Below are positions 48,801 through 60,269 of a DNA stretch of 64,000 bases, piece after piece (the first letter of the stretch is position 1; each line of letters starts with the position of its first letter). This stretch comes from Amphiscolops sp. MND2022 (lineage: Eukaryota), in the NCBI GenBank assembly GCA_964187785.1, contig OZ076413.1, forward strand, positions 49,292,001 to 49,356,000. The letters are read 5' to 3'. Below the pieces are notes generated by a model. It made no database searches. It had not been told where the DNA came from and saw nothing but the letters and a program-made list of their open reading frames with translations. The translations under genes were made by a program, and so were the position numbers.

Positions 48801-50839
48801 CGTGGACAGAGATAGCTGTGGTTTTTCAAGATAAAATAGTATGCAGCGTACATTTCCAGTTTTGGGGCTCCATACTTTGCTTGCGTAGAGGTTAACTTTT
48901 TGCTTCCGAATACAATCGGTCGCAATTTGCGACTCTCAGGTGGTCCTTGCCATTGGTGAAGAATATCTGATATAGCTACACCACTAGCATCGGTGTCAAG
49001 AACAAATTCGCCTTCAGTGTCGGGTTGCGCCAGAGCAGTGGCTTCCATTAGTGCCACTTTGATGTAGTTAAAGGCTCGCTGCTGCTCCTCTCCCCCCCAA
49101 AAAAAAGGAGAGCCTGCGCCCGTCATCGCATGTAAAGGGGCAACTAGCTTTGCATGCCATGGGATAAAATCCCGATAGTAGTTGGCAAAACCCAAGAAAC
49201 TTTGCAATTCAGTTTTGGTTCGCGGGATATCCCAATCTTTCAGCTTGGTGACAGCTTTTGGATCTGGCTTGATACCATCTGCGGATACCACTCGACCCAA
49301 ATATTTGATCTCTGATTTCATAAAATCACACTTGGAGACTCTCATTTTGAAGCCGGCCTCACGCAGGCATTGGAATACTTCGCGTAGTCTATCCATGTGA
49401 TCCTCGATGGTCTCGGTAGCAATCACAATGTCATCGATATAGGCCATAACCATACTTCCTTCGCGGTTCACTATTCTTTGTAGCGCTCGCGCTATTGCCC
49501 GTTGAAATGTTGCTGATGCGTTACACATACCAAAAGGCATACGCCGCCACTCAAATAAACCAAGTTCACAAGCGAAGGCAGTCTTTTGACGATCGGCTTT
49601 TCGGACAGGAATTTGCCAGAATGCCCATGCCAAGTCGATACTGGTATAGATTTTGGCTTTGCCCAATCGGGATAGACTCTCATCGATACGTGGCAAGGGA
49701 TAAGCGTCTTTGATGGTCACTTCATTAAGTGGTCGAAAATTACAACAGAATCGCAATTCACCACTCTTCTTTTTGACCATAACAATTCCACTCGCCCAAG
49801 GGGATAGGGAAGGTTGTATCATTCCCAAAGCTAGCAAGTCACGGACTTCTTGGTTAGCACGTTCTGCCTTGTCAGGCGACATTCGTCTTGCACCTTCACG
49901 GTGAGGTATAGCCCCTGGCTCTACTTCCACCGGGTGCTTAGCGATTTTACATTTGCCAATGTCGGCTTTGAATTTCATAAACAAATCATCAAATTCGTTC
50001 AAAAGTTTACTAAGCGTGTCGCTGGCGGTCGAGCCCCACAAACCGCGCACTTCGTCGAGTTGCGCTTCCGGGCCCGGTATTGGGGCCATTAGTGCCGGAT
50101 CGGTGCGTTTTTTTATTTCACGTTCTGACAAACCTAGCTCCGAGGGATCAGTAGAAGACAAAAACTCAAATTCAGATGAAGAGCTATATTCAGAAGAAGA
50201 ATCAAGATTCATCTGTTCATATACTTTACAAACATAACTTGCATTTGACTGCTGAGTTTCAGTTGCTTGTCCGGGGACAACTTGGGGGATGGCTCTATGG
50301 ACCATGGTCACGGGTATTGCGGTTCCCAAGAGGGTTCCCTTTTTGACCCGCTGGACGTTGCTAGTAAGGTTTCCTAAACTGAAGTAAAGGAAGCCTGTTT
50401 CCCCCACGGTTGCCACAGTGTCTTCTAAAAATATGGCGTTTTTCAACATCCGATTATGTGTTTGAAAATTGATTAAAACAGCACGGAATATGAAAGGTTC
50501 GAGATCACTTGCAAGTAACTTAGCGCGCAGTATGGCGCGTTCAAAGGGTTGCAAAACTATGTCCTCTGCCGTAGCTACCGACGAGCTAAGCGATTCATCA
50601 CTTACCTGCGCATGGGCGTGATACCATACTGGTTCCGAGGGGGCTCGGACAATGACTTTCATCGCAGTGAGGTCTACCAAGACCTGATAGGCTCGGAGGA
50701 AGTTCCTGCCTAGGAGAAAGTCTTCCACTCCCATAGCATCGTCAACCACTACGAAGTTAGTTTCCAACTCGTAACCTCCCAGCTGGAATTTGACCTTCTC
50801 TGCTAGACCAAAAGTTTTGATCGTCCTTCCATTCGCCGC
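45802..50839 (-). CDS. pol: pol of element B (PR C-terminal half, RT, RNase H, integrase; frameshift and stop near 48300)
   Basis: WASGIVMVKKK, DAYPLPRID, MPFGMCNA, YIDD, LDTDASG, AHDAMGHQG..CITC, QYDH/QSDN/LVERQN, WRGPH. Confidence 0.95.
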
Positions 50840-53800
50840 TTACAAATCAATATTGTAGGGTCGCAGAAGTGTACCAGTGCGCACGGCGACACGGTTATAG
50901 GCCGAGAACGTGAGGATAGATACCCCCGATCCAGTGTCCATCAATCCGCGCAGTGGTATGGGTACATCATCAGGGACCATGAATGAAACTACGAGCGACG
51001 CACGCTCATCGATTCTCGCTTCACCAGATGGTTCTTGAGCATCAATATTGTAGCTGCGTAGCTCTCGAGGTCCCAAGCAAATTCCAGGAGGAAACGCATC
51101 AGTTATTACAGTCGCTCCAAAACGCATGTCGACGCCGTCAATGCAAACTTTAACTGGAACAGGAGAATAGGCATGATAGGTTGAAATGACTCCCTTGACT
51201 TGCCACTCTTCGGGCTGAGGTAGAGTCAATTGCTGATAATTTCCATTGGTAGTCATCTCTTCGATCAAAGCGTCGATGGTGAGTTCTGGGCGTGTTTCTC
51301 TCTCAATAGCCAGTAGCAATCTGGCGGACATTATCGTGCGTCCAGAAGGGTCGAAAGTAGTTGGCTCTGGACTCGTCTGGATTTGAATTTTACCGCACGT
51401 AACGGTAAGAGAGGTTGCCACATGAACGGCTTCAGCTGGGCGTAACGTGAGAACCATTTCACTATCGCTCACTGTCTGAGGGGTTGATGGCTGTGCAGCC
51501 CAGAGGCTGTAGGCCAAATCTTCATGTATTGGCACGTTTTGGCATTGTGATGCTGAGTGTTCAGTCATACCACAATTGACACAGAACATAGGACCGGAAC
51601 ATGCCGAGGCCACATTACTTTCGCAAAGATTTACTCGTTCGTTTGGCGCAGCGCGAGCAATGGGTTTCATTGCTTGATCCTTATTTGGGCATTCCCGCGC
51701 GAAGTGACCGGGTAATCCACAATTGAAGCATGCTCCTTGGGGAACTATCATCGCTGGTTGTTGGGGCGGTGCAGCTTGTTGTACCGACGCTGGAGCTGGT
51801 GGGGCCATTTGGGGCTTTGCCTCGTGTTGTTGTCCTTGATTTGGAGGGAGCACATTTTGTGGCAGACCTGGTGCTGGATGAATCACTTTTCCTGGCACAA
51901 AAGGGTGAGGCCTTGATCTCATCGCATATCTAGGATCATAGGGCTTTGACGTTGTTGGACGGTGTCGCTGCAATTGCCGCGTGGTGAATCTCAAGGACTC
52001 CACAGTGGGCGGTTCAGTCAGATACGTCTCCGCCGCGTACACCACAGCTAATTCTTGTCGCAGTATAGGGTCGTTCACACCATCTATGAAGCGTTGCAGG
52101 ATTTCGTAACGACGGGTAGTGATAGGCTCATCTGGAAAACCTTGGGTGCGCAGGCCTTCTAATGCGTCCAAAAACTGCATCCAATCCTCCTTCTCCTGTT
52201 GAACGCGAGACATAAAGGTCTGCCGGACGTGCATACGGTTGCCACCTGTCCCGAATCTGCTGGCTAGGAGGGCGAACACCTTGTCTGGTGTATCTCGTTC
52301 AGGTTCTGACTTTTTGATAATGTAGTTTCTAGCTTCTCCTTCTAGGTGATCAATTATTGCCCATGCCTTGTCGACGTTTGATGATTTTGCATGTACCCTT
52401 TCCAGGAAGCGTTTCATCAGTGGAAGCCACCCGTCAACGGTTCCGTCTTTTGTACCTTTATACACTGTAGGACGGACTCTCGTCTGATCACGATTAGCAA
52501 TTAATGGCGCCAGTTCTTTGGACATTGCCTTTGATATCGCTTCAGTGAATCTGAGTTGTTCCGGCGATTTTGGTGCTTCTTCAGTTGTTGCCGGTGGTGG
52601 AACACTGCTACCTCGTGTAGAGTTAATTGAATCATCGGTGTTCTCCGAGATGATCACTTCTCTGCGTCGGGTGCTGCTTGCGCACGGATTGCCCGGGGGC
52701 AATCCAGTGTCCGCAATTTTGAATTCTGCATTTGACTCTCCTAAAGTCGCGTTTGCTGTTTGGAAGGTTCTCCTGATGTTGGTCGATTCGTTGATGCACG
52801 TGGGTTCTCGTAGACCTGTGATACCCATGCTCGAAGTTTTAAGGGTTATTGCTTCATACGTTGGTTCCTTTTCGTGAGACTTCGTTATTGGCGGGATAAA
52901 CTCCGTTTGTGCTGGAAGGATAAGCTTCGTGGACTTCGATACAGCTTCTCCACTCGAAACAAGGGGTTGAGGTAGGGGTGCATATCTCGCCATAGGTTGT
53001 TTGGAACCTGAGGGTTTCGTCGTGGTGATTATACTCTCTTTTGGTTTGAGTGAAACACTCTTCACAGGCTGTGGTAGGGACAGGTCAGTCTTCTGCAATA
53101 GTTCTTCGATGGTGTTGTTTGGTAGAGTTGATTGAGGCTGGACACTTTTCAGCGCAGTGCCCATCGCCTGTAATTGCGAGCACACCTCCTGAATTTGGGC
53201 TTCCATACGTACCTCTCTTTGGGCCATCATATCCTTCATTTCAGCCATTCGATAACCCATGGCATCCATGCGAGCAGCTTGTATTTCCTGTCCTTGCATT
53301 TGTCGCTCAGTGGAAGTCTTTAACTCAGATTGCACAGCTTCAATCTCCTCCACAATTGCCTGATGCTCTCTATCGCACCTCGCCTTACGCTCAGATAGTT
53401 GGGAAGCAGCTTGCTTCACACCAGCTTGGGCTTCCAGCAGGGCTTTACGCGCCTTTGCTGCTTCATGTACAGCTCTATGCTGAAGATCGACCAGACACAG
53501 CTTTTGATGAAGGTGAGGACGAGCGCGAGTCGCCATGAGGTCATGTGGTGCCAGTCTGTGCTAGTAGAGCTGGAGGCCGTATTTGTCTACTTTTTCCCGA
53601 TGGCCGGGGTGCAGTGGCTTCTTGCAAGCGCGCTCTGGCATAATTCATACCCCCGACATAAGACATTTGTTGCAATATTTCTGCCGTGTTCGATCTCCTC
53701 CACAATTGCCTGATGCTCTCTATCGCACCTCGCCTTACGCTCAGATAGTTGGGAAGCAGCTTGCTTCACACCAGCTTGGGCTTCCAGCAGGGCTTTACGC

Positions 53801-54568
53801 GCCTTTGCTGCTTCATGTACAGCTCGATGCTGAAGATCGACCAGACACAGCTTTTGATGAAGGTGAGGACGAGCGCGAGTCGCCATGAGGTCCTGTGGTG
53901 CCAGTCTGTGCTAGTAGAGCTGGAGGCCGTATTTGTCTACTTTTTCCCGATGGCCGGGGTGCAGTGGCTTCTTGCAAGCGCGCTCTGGCATAATTCATAC
54001 CCCCGACATAAGACATTTGTTGCAATATTTCTGCCGTGTTCGCAGTGCTCTCGCTTGCCATGCTGGGAGCCTTGAATTGTCCAGTAGCATTCAAGCAACT
54101 CATTTCAGCTTTTTCCTCAGCGTTTGTTCTGTTGGAGTTGGGCCATGTTCCTGCTTCGTCAGTACCGAAAGGTGTGACAGCTACTTTGGTCAGTTCTTGC
54201 AACCACTTGGACGTGTGCGCCTGACTTCCTGTTTCGTCGGCTGATCCCCCGATATCGTCTGCCGTCCTGGTGACCTGTTTGGTCTGGTATTCTTCTGATG
54301 CGTCGTCTGACATAGGGTCTGAAAAATCTGGTTCCATAACGAAACTGTCATCAGTTGGCCAATCTTCCTCCCTGGGGTCTGAGGTCAGGTCTGATATTGC
54401 ACTGAGATTTGTCTCGCACCTCGTTGGGTCTGGTGTTGTCGATGCTTCAGCGCGTCGCGACGTGTCCTTCCTCCCCCTTCTTGAAAGATTAGAGCGTCGC
54501 CGGGTGTTCGTGCGGCTTAATGTTCTCGTTATAGAATTCCAAAGGTTACGCAAACTGTTAGTTTTCAT
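50840..54568 (-). CDS. gag: gag-protease of element B (N-terminus disrupted by a duplication and frameshift)
   Basis: Coiled-coil N-terminus, capsid PTVYKGTKDGTVDGWL..LEGEARNYI, two CCHC knuckles, LMDTGSG. In frame with pol across one TAA at 50840. Confidence 0.9.
53343..54042 (-). repeat. 350-bp tandem duplication within element B gag
   Basis: atctcctccacaattgcc at 53343 and 53693, with near-identical units. Confidence 0.95.
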
Positions 54569-56932
54569 GATTTCACACGTCTCGAAAAAGTCAAAATTCG
54601 ATCTAGGGGTCGTACCGGCGTGAAACTTACACAGCGCGTTGATACCGTGGTGTGGGGCCGGAAACCGTGCGTTTGGGGCTTGCGGAACAGCTAATTCGCA
54701 AACAATCGAGTTCTTAGACAATTTTTGAGTTTTTCAGATTTCTTTAAAAATGACTAAGATGCCTCGAGCGCAACGTCTAATCGTCGGAAACACTTGAAAA
54801 TTGGCCACCTGACCTTGTGGTAGGTGTACTACACGATAGCAAAATCAAATCTAAGCTAAGGTTCTTATTTCAAGATTCAGGCTGATTCGGATGTTCGGTA
54901 CCCTTAGTCACCAAGATACATCAATTTTCACGCTTATTTCAAGATTGTGCTTTACTGAAAAAAAGCTAGCGGGCTCAAAATTTGCAAAACAACGTGGAAT
55001 CTGGTACAAATGACAGAAATGAACGGCAATTCAACCTCGTTTTTCAATTAAGGTACTCGGATCACTCAGGAAAAATTTGAAAAATTACCCTCTATGCCCA
55101 ACTTTTTGAGTGGTACGTTTTTTTTATTTTCTCACCAAGTACCGGTTGGATTGACACGAAACTTAGTAGCTACAGTCGATGAGCGTGTACAATGCCGGTG
55201 AAACCATCAAATGAAAGCGCGGACGCTTATTTGAGGTTCCGACCTTACTTGGACAGTACTCATAAAAAAAACAATTTTGGACTACTTTTTTCACAAATTG
55301 GCTAAGAGGGTCACCTCAAAAAGTGGTAGGGCTGAAAAAATGGGACCTACGTGTTGCCCCACTACTCGTAGTGCTAGGATAAACCCTCGATTAGGTGTGC
55401 CCGTTAAACACGAGGCACCGACAGTCCGTCAGTTTTGGATTATTTCGGCAGTTTTACAAGAAGTTTTACCTGAAGTTGAAACGTTAGAGAACTTTTTTCG
55501 ACTTTGGTGAAAGTTACGTCCACCAAATTTTCGGCACTAGCGTTATTTTTAGTGGTGGTTATGAAAATGCAACCACTTTTTGGCTAAGGTCCAAGAATCA
55601 ATGACCCGACCTTAGCTCAGAGACAGTCCGGATTTTAGGAAAATGGAGGTTTTTCAGTGCATTTTTCTACTTTTCTCAGCACTGAAAAGGAATTTTGGGA
55701 TGCGGTCTTCACTGTAGATCGTTAAATTTACTGAATAAACTGAAAATAATAGCCCGGGGGCTATTCTAAGCGTAAAAGTGTTCGTCAATAGTCAAATTGG
55801 GTTTCTTCTAAGAGTACTATAGAAAAACCTCAAAATCACAGTTCTCGTAACTTTTTTTAAGAAGTAGTGGTTGTAATTACCAAAATGGGTATTGTTGGGT
55901 ACCGGCAGGTGTACCCCAACCTAATTGCAACCATACGGGGGTGTTTAAAAGCTTCTATACAAGTTCCCCCACAAATTCAAAGTGCTAAAAATGTTCAGTC
56001 TTCCAAAAACGGGGTTTTTTCCTCACAAAATTTATACTAAGTGCCTTTTCGGGCAACTTTGAGCAGTTCGTCGCGTTTTTTGCGAACTCATTAGAGTCCT
56101 GAGCTACTTTTATTTAATTTCTGCAGGTGTGTGGCTAGCACCAAGAGCGCTCGCGCTCATGTAGGTGTTTCGCCTCAAAATGGCCAAATTTGGCACTTTT
56201 CGTCAAAAATACATGAAAAAACGCACTTTTTTCGCACAAAACAGGTGCAAAAGCACACACCTAGTTACAGAAGGCTCGTAAAAACATTGGCAAGTGGTCG
56301 TACACAAAATTTCGAGCAACCCAAAAAATTTTTTCAACCTGACTCAAAAATATTATACAACCCGGACTGACGAGTCGTGTCTTCTTGTTCTTTTTGCTCA
56401 TCACCTAGAACAGCTAGAGACAAACGGGTTGCACCATTAGACACGTCAGCATTTGTAGTACGTCTCCACCAAATTTCATTCCTCTAGGTTGCCTGTACGA
56501 GAAATGGGATCGGTGAGTCGTATAACTCGTTTCGGCAGATTGTAAGATTCGTCTGAGCAAGGATCGTCCTCTTCTCAACACTCACTTCATTGGTCATAAA
56601 AAGCTGAAAAAGGCTGGAAAATACCTGTTAACACCTCTAGCAGCCTTTTGACGGCTTGCTAGACCAATTTTAGAGAGTGACCCGTTAAGAGGGTAGGCTA
56701 TTTCGATCGTTACCTGTCAACTACTGAAAAAGCATGAAAATCACAACATACAGCGCTTTTTTACAAGATTTACCTTTAACCACCAGGCATAAAGCCTTCA
56801 ATAATGTACATACAGGGTAAAAACATAGAAAACTCTGCTTCTGTCTTCTCCTCGTCAGAGTCGGGTCGTACTTGGCGTCAATCACCAGAGGGTCGGCTCT
56901 TTTAAAACCATTAAGGGAAGCACTTCGAAGCG

Positions 56933-56950
56933 ATCCCTCTGTGGTCGCCA
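56933..56950 (-). promoter_or_regulatory. PBS of element B (tRNA-Arg-like)
   Basis: TGGCGACCACAGAGGGAT, 16 nt from the 5' LTR. It resembles the complement of a tRNA-Arg(TCG) 3' end (from memory). Confidence 0.8.
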
Positions 56951-56966
56951 TAAAATGTGTTCTCCA

Positions 56967-57700
56967 TGTAACGACAAGCTCTCACCATTGTCGTCGTAAC
57001 CATAAGAGCAGGAGGAACACATGGCATGGGTATTTGCCCGGGACAGGCGCCCATGGCCATGAGTTCATTTTGCCTCCTTCGGGTAAGAAATGTCCCGTCA
57101 GAGGAGGATTCCGCTTCTTAAGAAGTGCTCGCCGGCCTGATCCAGTCTGTAATTGCTATCAGTAGCGCGCATTACGCTTTTTCTTCGGAACCAACGCTTA
57201 GATAGCCTCTAAAAAATGCAAGTGGTGGAAAGGAAAAATCAAGTTTTTTCGAAGTTACACAGGAAATCGAAATAAGTAGCTCACGAGCTGTTACAACAAG
57301 AGAATACGAAAATTACTACATAATTAGCACTTCTGAGGCAGCAATTAGCCGGGGACACAAGCACGGATGCTTTGTCAAGCCAATTGACTCATTTTCGGTA
57401 ATCACAGCGTCTTGTAACGCTTCGCTGAAGAAAGCACTGGCTAGAACAAAGTTCAGTCCGTTTTGACAGAAATTTGAGTCTTTTTCTGACAGCGGCCGTG
57501 TTTTTCTGCAGTTTTCTCGTTCGGTTGGGGTCTGCCCGGAGTCTTTTGCTCAAATTCTCTTCAATTCTGTGGGCAGGTACTTGAATAAAGACACGCTGCC
57601 GTCCAGCGGAATATGACTTTTCAGTAGAGGGGATATAGTCCCTTGAACGAAATTTTCATCGAAATTTTCGAAATCGTGTACTCGATAGGTAATCGCTACA
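56967..57700 (-). repeat. 5' LTR of element B
   Basis: 734 bp, nearly identical to 38189-38922. Confidence 0.96.
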
Positions 57701-58847
57701 CCACCTGGTAGAATATCTATCGGGAGAAGTTGACAAGACGCCCGCTCACCAGCGGGATACGTTCCGTCTCAAATTGTTTTAACAATGACATCATTTTGAG
57801 GTTCAAGACTAGCTAATGAAAATGTAAAGAAGTTTGAATAAATGGAAGTTTTTACACTGTTAGGTTCATCTTATCCCGTTTTTGAAGGAAACACTTGAAT
57901 CAAGACTAATTTCTAACAAGAATATAAAAATATCTCTTCCAAAATACCTGATAGACAACTGATAAACAAAGGTTTAGTGGTTGTTAAATGATTACACCAT
58001 TCCCACCTGAGAACTCGCTCGACATTTTCACAATAAAATTGCAAAAAAAGTCAGATTTTATTGTATTTTGATTAATTCTGAAGTATTTTTCTACCAAGCT
58101 CTAGTCGAAAGTATTTTAGCGTTTTCGATTAATTCATATGGTATTTTTCAAATTTGTCCACTCTCCATTAAAACGCGTACTGAGAACAGCTAAACGTTTC
58201 ACTGCTGAACCTGCTGAGTTTTCAAATTAAGAAAACATTCGAAATTGGGAATATGTTGCCATAGTTATGGAAAACTTGGAATTTTATTCTGCGTTAACGT
58301 TTTCGAGGGTTTTTATCCAACTTCCTCTCTTGAATAGCGTTATGAATTGACCGTTGTTTCAACGTTGAGGTCAATTTGAGTCTCTTTCCAACAAGAGACT
58401 GAAGTTCACTTTGAAAGAGCCTACTTGATAACACGTTTGTTCGTTGTTGAAAGTTTCACAGTTTTTGACTCACGAAATCTCTCCAAAAATCACAAACATT
58501 CTAAAATTTCTAATTGTTAAGTTTCGTATTCTTTTGGTTCTATCTAAGGTAAAGGTCTACCTAGAAAACTACAAAGTGCTCCTTCAAAAAGCGCACTGCG
58601 TATCTAGTTATTTCTAGAACTTCTTTACCAGCTTTTTGAACCATCTAACTCACGAATTGTTCCACAAAAGTTCACTAAAATTGTCAAAACTTTCGACATT
58701 TTTGAATTCTTTTGGGTCAAGTTTAGTTTTTATGGACACCAGTTTGCAAATATCTTTTCGAAAAAAGGAACTGGATATCAAGTTCGAATGAAATATTGAT
58801 GGGAAATAATAAAGTTACACTATTATCAATCTGTCTACCAATTTTAG

Positions 58848-59048
58848 ACCAGTACAGTCCACGAGTGACAAACTTCTTCTCAGATGAGTGTCAAACATGC
58901 TCCCCTAACGAAGACGGAGATAGTGAGATGGTGAGACACTGTCTTTGGTTTGAAGCCAACACCGATGGTGTGTGTGAACGTAAACTCAGTAGTTCCAACA
59001 GCCACAAATGCGGTAACATAGAACTTACGAAACCTTGTCCCCTCAACG
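58848..59048 (+). CDS. Host exon, 6-Cys module 3
   Basis: ttttag|ACCAG...AACG|gtgagt, 201 nt, phase 1/1. CQTCSP..VRHCLWFEA. Confidence 0.88.
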
Positions 59049-59269
59049 GTGAGTCACCTCATCATATTCGCAAATTATTTAGACATGATCACTCAACTTT
59101 TTGAGGATTTAATATTCAAACTATACATCCAAAGAACTAATGTGAAGAAAATTTTGAGTTCGATATTAGATGTCTCCAGTTTTATCATACCATAGCGTGT
59201 ATCTCGTCACTCAAGTAAACTGGTCTTTTTTTGAATTTTCATATTCAAAAGATGGTACAGAAAAATTCG

Positions 59270-59440
59270 TGAGATACCGGCCCAAGTCGGCGTCATATCT
59301 AAGGCTCAAAAATAGCAAAGGGACTTCAAAGTGACAAAGTATTCTCCTCTACAGCACCTGAAAAAAATTTTGAGAAAAAGTCTCGCAATGCCGAAAAAAT
59401 TGAAAGGGGACCCTTTGGTAGAAAAATTCGAAAAAAAGAC
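59270..59440 (-). mobile_element. Truncated copy of the HINE-like family
   Basis: ggcccaagtcggcgtcatatctaaggctcaaaa...ttcaaagtg matches 25733-25810. Confidence 0.7.
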
Positions 59441-59677
59441 GAAGACTTGTCTGGCGATGGGTGCGATGAATCGATACGATACCGACCTAGATAGTAGCAT
59501 GTTTTGATGGGATACTATTTCTGAGTATAGAAAGGGTAGGCCTGAAAAAGTACGAATGAGATGTACAATCATTGGAATAATTATGCAATAATCAATCAAT
59601 CTCCCCGGTTTTCCAATCTTGTTTTGAAACAAATCTATTAGTTAGAAAAACAAATCTATTATTTGAATATTTTTCAG

Positions 59678-59875
59678 ACTTATATCAGACGAGACTGACG
59701 TTGTACGAAAATGTGTCGTGCTCAACATGTGAACCAAATACGGCAACACAACTGATGAGACGCGAATGCGTTTGGTATGAGGAATCTGGTTTGGGAACTT
59801 GTGTCCAGAATCGCAGCTACGTCAACAACCAAAAATGCAATAACGCAAAATTGGCTAGCAATTGTATTGATAATG
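59678..59875 (+). CDS. Host exon, 6-Cys module 4
   Basis: ttttcag|ACTTA...AATG|gtcggt, 198 nt, phase 1/1. CSTCEP..RRECVWYEE. Confidence 0.85.
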
Positions 59876-59966
59876 GTCGGTATTTTGAAACTTTCCGTTG
59901 TAATTCATATATTGAAGCAGCTTGAAAAACCATTATTAATCATACACTGAGAGCTTGTTTCATTCA

Positions 59967-60228
59967 TGTTGCAACCTTCGGAGAACATTTTTCGTAGAGA
60001 ATGTAAAATTCTGTCACATGTTTGGTGTTGAAAACCTAAACATATTTCCATCCTTTTCATGCTATGCTGTTTAAAATAAGTCATATTACTTTCATGGATA
60101 CCTTTATGCTTTACCGCTTGAATTATAACTGTTCACGTTTCACTCTTTTTTACTCACTCAACAAAAAAGCAGTACTTTCGAAAAATATATTCTTTTTTCT
60201 TAACAAAGTTTTGCCCTCCCGCACAACA
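59967..60228 (+). repeat. Probable 5' LTR of the BEL/Pao element
   Basis: TGTTG...CAACA followed by a TGG-starting PBS candidate at 60234. An alternative start is 60019. Confidence 0.5.
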
Positions 60229-60269
60229 TTATTTGGTACCTTGTGACGGAAAAAAGGAATTATTAAAGA

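Larger units (their letters stand above)
38189..57700 (-). mobile_element. Element B: 19.5-kb Ty3/gypsy LTR retrotransposon with macrodomain and SGNH-like accessory regions
   Basis: 734-bp LTRs with about two differences, PBS, PPT GGGGAGTGTA, gag-PR-RT-RH-IN, extra ORFs, and CCA duplicated at the junctions. Confidence 0.96.

Noticed and set aside
39854..54623. Numerous short + strand ORFs inside element B (and similar ones over element C gag-pol)
   Set aside because: They are antisense shadows of the long minus-strand coding frames and have no motifs.
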